From NCBI GenBank assembly GCA_035546115.1, contig DASZWV010000398.1, positions 1 to 29,529 of the forward strand: a stretch of 29,529 nucleotides of DNA. The letters are read 5' to 3'. The notes under the pieces were generated by a model. It was not told the origin of the DNA. It made no database searches and saw only the letters and a program-made list of their open reading frames with translations. Numbering within the stretch: the first letter of the stretch is position 1; each line of letters opens with the position of its first letter. Of the stretch, positions 1 through 8,607 are shown in pieces. The DNA comes from Phycisphaerales bacterium. Lineage in GTDB: Bacteria > Planctomycetota > Phycisphaerae > Phycisphaerales > UBA1924. Position numbers and translations under genes: made by a program.

Positions 1-127
1 TGGGGGGGGCGGGGTGGAGGCGGGTGAGCGCGCGTGGATTGAAGTGCTATGGGTCCTGAATGTGGAATGCTTGTGCCGCGTGCTCGGTGGGAGTTCCGGC
101 CCATGGGCCCGATCCCCGGGACGTTGT

Positions 128-1561
128 TCAGCAGCCGGCAAACCACGCGTTCAGGAACGCGAAGATGTCGGCGACCTGCAGGCCGTTCATGCCGTCGAAG
201 TCCGCCGTGGCGGAGCCGGAGAACCAGGTGTTGAGGAAGGCGAAGATGTCGGCGACGGCGAGGGAGCCGGAGCAGTCGAAGTCGGCTGGGCAGGGGCGAG
301 CGATGTCGACGACGGAGATGGAGCCGGCGTCGATCTGGTTGTTGTAGTCGTCGGTGGGCGCGCCGAGGGCTATGCGCGTGCCGCCGAGGACGACGGCCGC
401 GCCGACGGAGTCGCCGCTCACGGCTACGGGTGGGACGAAGCGGCTGGTGAGCGTCCATGCGCCGGCGATGCCGGAGCCGGCGGGTCGCTCGTAGAGGGCG
501 ATGTAGCCGGTGTCGGAGGGGTCGCTCGGGAGCGACCCGAGGGGGGAGCCGATCACGAGGCGATCGTTCTGGAGCGCGACGCTGGCACCGAAGTTGCCGT
601 CGGTCTGGCCGGGGTCGATGCGCGCGAACTGCGACCAGGTCCCGCCCGTGCGGGTGAAGATGTAGACCGCGCCGCTGCCCCTAATCGAGCCCGGGGCGCG
701 GTTCGGCGCGCCGACCGCGGCGGTGTCGCCGGAGATGGCGACCGAGGAGCCGAAATGGTCGAAGGCCTGCGCGTCGGAGGCGACGAGCTTGACCTGCTGG
801 GTCCATCCCGAGCCGAAGCCGTTTCCGGTGAAGACGTACGCCGATCCGGTAGCGCCGCCGGCTGCGCTATCGCTCAGGGGAGCGCCGATGATGGCGCTGG
901 AGCCGGAGATGGCGACGCTGGCTCCGAAGATGTCCTGGAAGGCGGCGTCGGAGGCGGTGAGGAAACCCGCCTCGCCCCAGGCCGCGCCGGGGGCGAGCGG
1001 GTTGATGGTGAACACGATGGCCGCGCCCTGGGATCCGTACGCGCCGTTGTATTCCGGTGCGCCGGCGATGGCCACGGTGCGCGTGCCGATGGTGGTCATG
1101 GCGATGCACGAGCCGAGGGCGTAGGCGGGCGACTCGGTGTACGGGATCGCCTGCTGGGAGGACCAGGTCGTGCCGGTGCGAACGGTCGCGTAGACGGTGC
1201 GGTTGTCGGCATGGCCGATGAGGGCGAGGTCGCCAAGGATGGCCACGCCCTTGCCGTAGTAGGGGAGCGCGGTGGCGATGCTGGAGAACGAGGCCTGCTG
1301 GGTCCAGAAGCCGCCGGACTTGGCGAAGATGAAGACATGGCTCGGGCTCTGGTATGGGTTGTCCGCACCGACGATGATGGTGTCGCCGGAGAGGCCGATG
1401 GAGGAGCCGAAGCGGCCGCCGGAGATCGGTAGGCTGGGAATGAGCGGGACGCCGGTGGGCGTGGATTCGCACTGGGCGAGGGCGGCGGGGGAGAGGGCCG
1501 GCAGGACGGAGAGTCCGAGGCCCGCCAGCCATGCGGGGAGGGAATGGAATCGGGCGATCAT
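128..1561 (-). CDS. Secreted FG-GAP repeat beta-propeller protein with C-terminal GC-type dockerin domain
   Basis: Seven FG-GAP-like repeats (FGSSIGLSGDTIIVGA, FGASVAISGSSAIIGAP, FGSSVAISGDTAAVGAP etc.), signal peptide ending AALA-Q, C-terminus DIFAFLNAWFAGC. Start moved from 1672 to ATG 1561 (GGAG upstream, signal peptide follows). Confidence 0.9.
   Translation of the reverse strand: MIARFHSLPAWLAGLGLSVLPALSPAALAQCESTPTGVPLIPSLPISGGRFGSSIGLSGDTIIVGADNPYQSPSHVFIFAKSGGFWTQQASFSSIATALPYYGKGVAILGDLALIGHADNRTVYATVRTGTTWSSQQAIPYTESPAYALGSCIAMTTIGTRTVAIAGAPEYNGAYGSQGAAIVFTINPLAPGAAWGEAGFLTASDAAFQDIFGASVAISGSSAIIGAPLSDSAAGGATGSAYVFTGNGFGSGWTQQVKLVASDAQAFDHFGSSVAISGDTAAVGAPNRAPGSIRGSGAVYIFTRTGGTWSQFARIDPGQTDGNFGASVALQNDRLVIGSPLGSLPSDPSDTGYIALYERPAGSGIAGAWTLTSRFVPPVAVSGDSVGAAVVLGGTRIALGAPTDDYNNQIDAGSISVVDIARPCPADFDCSGSLAVADIFAFLNTWFSGSATADFDGMNGLQVADIFAFLNAWFAGC
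131..292 (-). other. GC-type dockerin domain (copy 1)
   Basis: CPADFDCSGSLAVADIFAFLNTWFSG...ADFDGMNGLQVADIFAFLNAWFAGC: two DxDxxG Ca-loop/helix repeats, terminal Gly-Cys. Confidence 0.88.
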
Positions 1562-1650
1562 GATGGGTTCTCCGCACTTGAGGCGCAGGACGGGACCGCA
1601 CCCGGCCAGGAAACCGCGGAGAACTCGGGTTTCCGATGTGGGAGAGTGGC

Positions 1651-2622
1651 CTACTCGGAGAGCGGGATGCACGCTTCCGCGACGTCGTTCGCGGACGCCG
1701 CCTGGGTGAGATCAAGCCGCGAGTACACCCCGCGGTCGTGGTCGCTGTTGAGGACGACGGCCCTCGGGGAGATGACCGTGCAGCCCTCATCCGCCTTTTC
1801 ATGGCCGAGGATGAACAGGCGGACGTTCCAGGCCTTGGCGAGGCGCTCGATGTGCTCGGGCGTGTGGGCGCGGCCCCAGCTCATGGCTCTGGCCGCGCCG
1901 GTGCGGCTGGTGAAATCTTCGGGCGTGAGGTCGCGGTCGAGGGCGGTGAGGTCGAAGCCGTCGTTGCCGTCGCCGCGGTCCATCATTTCCGGCGCGGGGA
2001 GGGAGTGGGCGCAGAGGATGTCGCCCTCGATCGCGTCGCAATGGAAGCGCACGGCGAGGGGGAGCGCGGCGAGGAAGGTGTTGACGGCCTGGAGGACCTG
2101 TTCGGCGGACCCACCATGCGATGCGAAGGCCGCGTGCACGCCGTCGTCGAAGGCCTCGTTGCAGCGGACGCCTTCTTTCGCGACGGCGATGCCGGCGAGC
2201 TGGGCGATCTCGTGGTTGGCGAGGAGGATGTGGATGCGCTCGGGGTACGCGGCCTTCATGACGGCGGCGCGGACGAGGACGCGGTAGGAATAGTCGAGGC
2301 CGTTGATGAGGCGGTCGCCGTGGATGAGTTCGTGGAGGGTGAGATGGGAGACTGATGTCGGAAGTGGGATGTCCGATGTGGGATGTTCCGGAAGAAGGCC
2401 GGCGGCCCGCGCGATACGGGCGAGATGGAGGGGGTTGTCGTGAAGATCGCCTGTCGCGATGAGCGTGGCGGCGGGGGTTGCGGCTTGCGAGGCGTCAACT
2501 TCGACCCATTCGGTGCAGCCGCGGCGGTTGGGCGTGGTGCGACAGGCGTGTGCGCCGGCCTCGAGCGCGGCGATCACGGCCGTCGGGTCGCGGAGGTCGA
2601 CTTGTTCGAGAATGGAGGGCAT
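1651..2622 (-). CDS. Calcineurin-like metallophosphoesterase
   Basis: Motifs GDLHD, LHELIHG, LLANHE, AHS, LGHE in the expected order. Confidence 0.85.
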   Translation of the reverse strand: MPSILEQVDLRDPTAVIAALEAGAHACRTTPNRRGCTEWVEVDASQAATPAATLIATGDLHDNPLHLARIARAAGLLPEHPTSDIPLPTSVSHLTLHELIHGDRLINGLDYSYRVLVRAAVMKAAYPERIHILLANHEIAQLAGIAVAKEGVRCNEAFDDGVHAAFASHGGSAEQVLQAVNTFLAALPLAVRFHCDAIEGDILCAHSLPAPEMMDRGDGNDGFDLTALDRDLTPEDFTSRTGAARAMSWGRAHTPEHIERLAKAWNVRLFILGHEKADEGCTVISPRAVVLNSDHDRGVYSRLDLTQAASANDVAEACIPLSE

Positions 2623-2757
2623 GCGCGGCCGCGGGTTGATTCGTCGTTCGCCCTCCGGACGAGAAGGCGAGAAGGGTCCGACCGGAGGCCTGCCGGCAGC
2701 GCCTCGCGGCGGCTCCGGCGATCATCGAGCGCACTCCGTGCGAGATCGGGGCGCGGA

Positions 2758-3858
2758 TCAGTTGTCGGCGTCGGCGATGCCGGGGCCGGGGTCGATGGGC
2801 GGGGGCGTGAGGGGCTTGGCGTCGCGGAGCTGGCCGCCCACGCCGATGCCGGTCGATCCGCCGGGGCCCTTGGAGCCGCTCAGGCCGATGGTCTTGGAGT
2901 CGCCGAGGATGGCGGTTCCGCTCCCCGTCCCGTTGTTGAGGTTCAGTCCTGCCCGCGATCCGGAGGAGGGATCGACCTTGGGCAGCATGCCGCTCTTGCG
3001 GAGGCGGTGCTCCGCGAGGAGCTTGCTTCGGACAAAGTTGATCTTGTCGTGGACCTGCTCCATGGTGGGGCGCTTGTCGGGATCGACCTCGACGCACTGC
3101 ATGATGAGCTGGTCCATGAGCTCGGGGACGCGCGGGTTGATCTCGCTGGGCTTCTTGGGCCTCTGCAGGAGCGAGTCGTCCACGGAGCCGACGAGGCTGT
3201 CGGCCTTGGCCAGGGCGGTGGGGATGAACGAGCGGGTGAGGACCCAGTAGAGCGAGGCGCCGAGGTTGTAGACGTCGGTCTTGGGCGTGATGGCCCGCCG
3301 GTGCACCTGCTCCGGGGCGATGTAGTCGGGGGTGCCCTGGATGCGCTGCTTGACGGTGCCGATCTTGCACGACTGGCCGAGGTCGATGATCCTGGCGTTG
3401 AGCTTCTCGTCGACGATGATGTTGTTGGGCTTCATGTCCGCGTGGACGAAGCCCTTGGCGTGCATGTCGGCGAGGCCCTGGGCGACCTGCTCGAAGACGT
3501 ACAGGGCGTCCTCGAAGTACTGCGGCGGATTGCGCTCGCAGCTGGCTCCGTCGACGAAATCCATGACCAGGTACAAGTCATTGACGCCGCCGAGAAGGCT
3601 CTCCTTCTTCTTGATGATCTTCTCGATCTTGCGGACCTTGTCGGAGCCGACCTTGGCCGCGACGTGGTACTCCTGCTCGGCCTGCTCGAGGAAGCGGATG
3701 GACTTCTCGTCGTCCTTCTCGACATGCTTGAGGGACCAGACCTGCTTGGTCCTGGGATCCTGGACGGCGTAGATGACGCTGGCCGCGCCGCGCCCGAGTT
3801 CCTTGAGGATCTTGTAGCCCTCGACCATGTCGCCGGGTTTGAGGATTTCCAGTGGCAC
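2758..3858 (-). CDS. Hanks-type Ser/Thr protein kinase (non-RD) with Gly/Pro-rich tail
   Basis: GRGAAS loop, SLK lysine, HADMKPNN, DLG, YIAPE, DVYNLG. Start uncertain: GTG 3858 or ATG 3828; the ORF-track start at 4104 adds non-kinase sequence. Confidence 0.92.
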   Translation of the reverse strand: MPLEILKPGDMVEGYKILKELGRGAASVIYAVQDPRTKQVWSLKHVEKDDEKSIRFLEQAEQEYHVAAKVGSDKVRKIEKIIKKKESLLGGVNDLYLVMDFVDGASCERNPPQYFEDALYVFEQVAQGLADMHAKGFVHADMKPNNIIVDEKLNARIIDLGQSCKIGTVKQRIQGTPDYIAPEQVHRRAITPKTDVYNLGASLYWVLTRSFIPTALAKADSLVGSVDDSLLQRPKKPSEINPRVPELMDQLIMQCVEVDPDKRPTMEQVHDKINFVRSKLLAEHRLRKSGMLPKVDPSSGSRAGLNLNNGTGSGTAILGDSKTIGLSGSKGPGGSTGIGVGGQLRDAKPLTPPPIDPGPGIADADN

Positions 3859-4183
3859 TCGTTGCGATCCAATCCGTCGAAGAGCGAAGAAGCGGGACCG
3901 TCGATCAAACAACCCGGAGCAGGGAATCCTGTCCCGTAGCCACCCCCATCCCCGTCCGGCACCGACCCTGGCGAGACCGACCCGGGCACGCCGGAAGCCC
4001 GAAGGGGCGGTCCAATCGTGGCGAGTGGGAGAGGCCCGAGGCTTTCGGGCCGTCCCGGCGCATCCCAGAGAGCGAAGTATCCGCCCGGGACGTCCGGAGT
4101 TCAAACCCCGACGCCCGGATCGGACCTACGGCACCCCATCCGCAGGGAGGCTGGGGATGGTTGCCGGACATTCCGATGCCCAA

Positions 4184-4189
4184 AGACTA
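4184..4189 (-). promoter_or_regulatory. Candidate -10 box (TAGTCT) for the kinase
   Basis: TAnnnT hexamer in a ~425-bp intergenic region, same pattern as other hexamers in the window. Confidence 0.3.
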
Positions 4190-4284
4190 GCCGAGGAATC
4201 CCACGATGCGACCCCAACGCCCGTTCGGGGCGAGATTTGCGCCACGAAGGTCGGTTGGTTTGGGCGGGGTGAAGGTTTGTTTGC

Positions 4285-4968
4285 CTACCGCCGGGTGAGG
4301 CTGGTGGCGTTGAACATTCCCGCGGGAAAGAGCTTCCCGGGGTCGCTCACGGCGGCCAGGTCGGATTGCAGCAGGACGCGCTCGGCCGGGAGGCCCGTGG
4401 CGCGGCGGAGGGACTCGACCAGGCGGGCGAGCTGGCGAAGTTGGCCGGGCGTGAAGCCCTGCCGGTTGCCGTCGCCGACGAGACAGATGGAGATGGCGTG
4501 ATCGTTGTAGAACTGGGCGTTGGGGCCCGAGGCGTGGGCGCCGGAGAGCTGATCGAGCCAGCGATAACCGATGTGGACCTGGCCGTCGTCCATGCCGTTG
4601 CCGTTGCCGATGATGAAGTGGTGGCCGTAGCCGCCGTGCAGGTCGCGCTCCTCGCGCTCGATGGAGGCGGCGTCGCCGCGGGTCGAGCCGCTGTGGTGGA
4701 TGACGATCGCCTGCCACTTCGCGAGATCGAGCGGGACGCGGGTCTGGGTGAGCGGATCGGCGGCGTCGGAGCCGATGGTGGTCGCGGCGGCGAGGGGCGA
4801 GAGGCTCAGGCCGTCGCTGCGGGGCGAGGGGCGGCCATCGACCAGGAGCATCAGGCCGCCGGCGATGGTCATCGCGGCGAGGAAGCTGACCCAGACGATC
4901 TGAGCGCGGGTGGCGCCGGAGGGCTGGACGGGAGAACGGCGACGATTTGAGGGGCGGCGTTGCGGCAT
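4285..4968 (-). CDS. Membrane-anchored Amidase_2/PGRP-like peptidoglycan-recognition protein, probably non-catalytic
   Basis: N-terminal TM segment, IVIHHSG, HFIIGNG, GAHA, ISICLVGD, DPG; second Zn His replaced by Gln (VLLQSD). Confidence 0.85.
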   Translation of the reverse strand: MPQRRPSNRRRSPVQPSGATRAQIVWVSFLAAMTIAGGLMLLVDGRPSPRSDGLSLSPLAAATTIGSDAADPLTQTRVPLDLAKWQAIVIHHSGSTRGDAASIEREERDLHGGYGHHFIIGNGNGMDDGQVHIGYRWLDQLSGAHASGPNAQFYNDHAISICLVGDGNRQGFTPGQLRQLARLVESLRRATGLPAERVLLQSDLAAVSDPGKLFPAGMFNATSLTRR

Positions 4969-5125
4969 CGGATCGACCGGCGTGTGCGGGCATTTGATCG
5001 GATGCGCGGAGCGCGCTTCATTCCATTTTCGCGCGCGATCGTGCGAGGTGCGATCGAGGCGGACGCGGGGGGCGTGCAGGTCCGGAAACGCGCGTTCGAG
5101 TTATCGGGTCGTGCGAGCGTGCGAC

Positions 5126-5362
5126 TCAGTCCTTGGGCGCGAGGCGCCCCCGGAGGTTTGGCTCGCGCCGGCCGTACTCGTTCTCGATGTACTGCGGGGC
5201 GTAGCGGCCGCGGACGTTGTCGTAGCGATCGAAGGGAGATCGCTCGTCGGTCGGGCCGAGCAGCGGTCGCGAGCAGCCGACGACGCCGAGGAGGCAGAGC
5301 GACGCGCTGGCTCCCAGGAGCAGCCAGAGCGTCGTTCGGGCGGATGGGCGGCGGTCGATCAT
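5126..5362 (-). CDS. Small hypothetical lipoprotein (78 aa)
   Basis: Basic n-region, hydrophobic stretch, lipobox VVGC. Confidence 0.75.
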   Translation of the reverse strand: MIDRRPSARTTLWLLLGASASLCLLGVVGCSRPLLGPTDERSPFDRYDNVRGRYAPQYIENEYGRREPNLRGRLAPKD

Positions 5363-5372
5363 GCGTGCAAGT

Positions 5373-5921
5373 CTAACGCTTCGGCTCGCGCGGCGTCGGG
5401 GGGAGAATTCTGCCGGTGGAATCGATGGCGATTTCGTCCCGGAGGGACATCTGGCGGATGGCCTCGTAGACGGCGGCGCACACGGCGGTGGCGAGGTTGA
5501 GCGATCGTTCGCCGACGAGCATGGGGAGGGTGACGAGGCGGTCGGCGTGGGCCTCGAGGATTGTCTGGGGGAGGCCCCGGGTTTCCTTGCCGAAGATCAG
5601 GTGATCGCCGCGGTGGAACTCGACGTCCCACGCGGGGCGGGCGGTCTTGGTGGTGAAGAGCCACATGCGCGCGGCGAGGGCTTGTTCGCCGCCCGCGGAG
5701 GTGAGATACGCGGACCAGTTGTCGTGCTCGGCGGGCTTGAGGCGCGGCCAATAGTCGAGGCCGGCGCGCCGGCAGGCCTTCTCGGAGGTGTCGAAGCCGA
5801 GGGGCTTGATGAGGTGGAGGGCGCAGCCGGTGGCGATGCACGTGCGGCCGATGTTGCCGGTGTTGTTGGGGATCTCCGGCTCGTGGAGGACGACGTGGAG
5901 CAGGGGATCGGGCGCGCTCAG
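5373..5921 (-). CDS. trmL: tRNA (cytidine(34)-2'-O)-methyltransferase TrmL
   Basis: Frame upstream of the tracked 97-aa ORF reads LHVVLHEPEIPNNTGNIGRTC...PLGF...RRAGLDYW, then FGKETRGLP and RSLNLA. No ATG/GTG/TTG precedes it; CTG 5921 overlaps the upstream TGA, with GGAG 8 nt before. Confidence 0.9.
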   Translation of the reverse strand: MSAPDPLLHVVLHEPEIPNNTGNIGRTCIATGCALHLIKPLGFDTSEKACRRAGLDYWPRLKPAEHDNWSAYLTSAGGEQALAARMWLFTTKTARPAWDVEFHRGDHLIFGKETRGLPQTILEAHADRLVTLPMLVGERSLNLATAVCAAVYEAIRQMSLRDEIAIDSTGRILPPTPREPKR

Positions 5922-7087
5922 GACTTCTTCTCCGCTGCACGGCGGGCCTTGACGCCCGGGTCGATCTCGATGAGCTTGGCGATGGTCTCGTCGAGGGATG
6001 CCTGGTCGGCGTTGGGATGCGGGTTGCCCTGCCAGCGGATGACGCCGTCGGTGGACATCACGACCACGTGGGGGATGCCCTGCACGCCGAGCGAGGACTT
6101 GATGGTGGCGCGGGGATCGACGGCCTGCGGGTAGGAGTGGTGGGCCTGCTTGATGAAGTTCTTGACCTTGGTCTCGTCCTCATCGCTGATGCCGATGATG
6201 ACGACGTCCTTCTGGTACTTCTTGTACAGGTCGTCGAGGTGGGGCATGGCGGCCTTGCACGGGCCGCACCAGGTGGCCCAGAAGTCGAGGACGACGATCT
6301 TGCCCTCGCGGCTGGGCTCGGGGGTGATCCACTTCTCCTTGCCGAACTTGGCGGGGAGCGGCTTGCCCTGCAGGTTCTTGGCGGAGAGGCCGTTGTTGTT
6401 CACGGCGGGCCACTTGACGTGCTTGTAGTCCTCCGGGCTGACGTGGACCTTGACGTCCGGGCCGCCCATGGGGGCGTCGCCGGATTCCTTCTGGGCTTCC
6501 TTGGCGCGGGCCTCGGCCTTGGAGGCGTCCGCGGCGGACTCGTCGGAGACGATCTTGACGGCGGCGTCGAGGGAGGACTTATCCACGTCGGGGAAGCGGA
6601 GGTTGCCGGCGCGATCGATGATGTAGAAGCCGACGGGGGCGCCGGTGAGCTTGAAGGCGTCGAAGACGGCCTTCTTCGGGTCGTGCGCGGATGCGAACTT
6701 GATGCCCTTGGTGGCGAGGACCTCCTGGGCCTTCTCGAAGCCCGAGGGGTGGTGCACGCCGACGACGATGAGATCGGGATACTTGTCGGCGAGCTTCTGC
6801 GCCTCGACGAGCCCGGCGTGGGAGGTGAGGTACCAGCTGGCCCAGACGACGATGAGCACGGGCTTGCCCGCGGTGGACTCCTTGGTGAGCGGCGAGCCGG
6901 TCGTCCACCCGTCGAGCTTGCCCCAGAGGGCGTAGTCGAAGGGCTTGTAGGTCATGGAGGCGAGCTGGTCGTGGCGCGGGCCGCGGCTGATGAGGTGGAT
7001 CGCGCCGTCGTCGGCGAGGGCGACCGGAGCGCCGCCGAGGATGGAGAGCGCGAGGCAGGCGGAGACGGTGCGTGCAAGGTGTCGCAT
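5918..7087 (-). CDS. Exported protein with two TlpA/redoxin domains; C-terminal one active (WCGPC), N-terminal one Cys-less
   Basis: Signal peptide ALA-DD; GKPVLIVVWASWYLTS (no CxxC); GKIVVLDFWATWCGPC at 6257-6268, GIPH cis-Pro loop. Confidence 0.9.
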   Translation of the reverse strand: MRHLARTVSACLALSILGGAPVALADDGAIHLISRGPRHDQLASMTYKPFDYALWGKLDGWTTGSPLTKESTAGKPVLIVVWASWYLTSHAGLVEAQKLADKYPDLIVVGVHHPSGFEKAQEVLATKGIKFASAHDPKKAVFDAFKLTGAPVGFYIIDRAGNLRFPDVDKSSLDAAVKIVSDESAADASKAEARAKEAQKESGDAPMGGPDVKVHVSPEDYKHVKWPAVNNNGLSAKNLQGKPLPAKFGKEKWITPEPSREGKIVVLDFWATWCGPCKAAMPHLDDLYKKYQKDVVIIGISDEDETKVKNFIKQAHHSYPQAVDPRATIKSSLGVQGIPHVVVMSTDGVIRWQGNPHPNADQASLDETIAKLIEIDPGVKARRAAEKKS

Positions 7088-7133
7088 GGGAATCTCGGGG
7101 GCGTGCGTGCGGTGCGGGATGTTCGAGGGGGAG

Positions 7134-8462
7134 CTACTTGCCGGCCTTGGCCTCGGCGCGGCGGCGTGCGAGGACGGCGGGATCGACGGCGGCGATGCGT
7201 TCGATGGCGATGGGGAGGCTGGGGTCGTGGGCGTTGCCGAACCAGCGGATCTTCATGTCGGTGGAGAGGATGCAGCAGATGCCGAACTCCTCGCGCTTGC
7301 CGGACCAGAGGAACTGGAAGTTCTCGTCGTTGGCGTCGAAGTTCTCGGCGTGGAGGACGGTGGGGTTCATGAAGTGGTTGATGGGGTGGGTCTTGAGGAG
7401 CGTGCCCATGAGCTCCTTGTTGCGCTGCTTGAGCTTGTCGGCGTCGCTGTCGCCGCCGGAGTTGTTGGTGTTGCCGGTGTTGCCGATGCCGCCGACGCCC
7501 TCCTTGAAGAGGCTGGCGCAGACGACGGCGTCGCGGTGGTACTTGTCGTACAGGCGGTTCATGGTGGGGATGACCTCGAGCATCTCCACCTCCTTGGGGT
7601 CCATGAAGTAGACGACCAGGAGCCTGCCGGCGTGCTTGGGAGCGGAGGGGACCCAGTCCTCCTCGGGCCAGTCCTTGATCGTGGGCGGCTCGTACTTGGT
7701 CTTGTCGGTGATGGCGTCCTTCTCGGCCTTGCCGACCTTGTAGGGCCAGCGGGCGTTCTTGTAGGCTTCCTCGTCGGGCTCGGGGAAGGTGACGTTGGGC
7801 TCGTTCACGACCAGGCCGCGGGTCGAGTCGCGGGTCTTCCAGCGGTCGGCCTCGGCCGCGGCGCGGCGCTTCTCGAGCATCTTCGGGTAGTCGGCGGCGT
7901 GCTCGGCGGTCTCCTTGACGAGGTACTCGACGCCGTCGTCCATCGAGGAGGTCTCGACCTGGGCGAAGCGCATCTGGCCGGCGCGATCGATGATGTAGAC
8001 GTTGGGGTCCTGGTCCGCCTTGAGGCCCGCGCGGAACTTGCCGTCCTTGTCCTCGGCGAGGGTGAAGGTGACGCCGAGCTCCTTGGCCTTCTCGGCCGCG
8101 CCCGCGGGGCTGACGGGGTTGTGCACGCCGATGACGACCAGGCCCTTGTCCTTGTACTTCTCGTAGAGCGACTCGGCGGTTCGCATCGCGCCCCAGGAGA
8201 TGCGATAGAAGTTCGCCCAGGTGACGATCAGCACGACCTTGCCGTTGAGCTCGTCCTTCTTGAACTCGGGACCGGAGAAGTTCGAGAGGTTCGACCACAG
8301 GCTCTGGTCGAAGGGCTTGAGCTGCATGGCGTCGAGGGCGGCGCGGGTTGCGCCGGCGCCGCGGAAGCCCAACTGCGGATCGTCCGCGCTCGGGGCGGCG
8401 ATGGCCGCGCTCCCGGCAAGAACACTCGCGCACACGCACAACGCCAGCACCGCTCGATTCAT
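7134..8462 (-). CDS. Exported double redoxin-fold protein lacking both CxxC motifs; paralog of the downstream gene
   Basis: Start ATG 8462 with GGAGG, signal peptide; GKVVLIVTWANFYRIS and GRLLVVYFMDPKEVEM align with the two domains of 5918-7087. Confidence 0.85.
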   Translation of the reverse strand: MNRAVLALCVCASVLAGSAAIAAPSADDPQLGFRGAGATRAALDAMQLKPFDQSLWSNLSNFSGPEFKKDELNGKVVLIVTWANFYRISWGAMRTAESLYEKYKDKGLVVIGVHNPVSPAGAAEKAKELGVTFTLAEDKDGKFRAGLKADQDPNVYIIDRAGQMRFAQVETSSMDDGVEYLVKETAEHAADYPKMLEKRRAAAEADRWKTRDSTRGLVVNEPNVTFPEPDEEAYKNARWPYKVGKAEKDAITDKTKYEPPTIKDWPEEDWVPSAPKHAGRLLVVYFMDPKEVEMLEVIPTMNRLYDKYHRDAVVCASLFKEGVGGIGNTGNTNNSGGDSDADKLKQRNKELMGTLLKTHPINHFMNPTVLHAENFDANDENFQFLWSGKREEFGICCILSTDMKIRWFGNAHDPSLPIAIERIAAVDPAVLARRRAEAKAGK

Positions 8463-8607
8463 AAACAACCTCCGACGCACCGTCCTCGGCCGACGAGGCG
8501 TGCGCGAACACAGAGTACACAATCGCCCTTGGCGACCCTTTGAGAACAACGCGATACTCACAAGTATGTACCGTCGAGGCCCTGGACGGTGCCCGGCAAG
8601 CTGGATT

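Noticed and set aside
14-1432. 472-aa plus-strand ORF and similar long antisense ORFs (2383-3939, 6017-7372, 6954-8543, 12531-14213, 13129-15126, 19565-21619, 28136-29335)
   Set aside because: Shadow frames opposite genes with clear motifs; high GC3 suppresses stop codons, and the translations show no recognisable domains.
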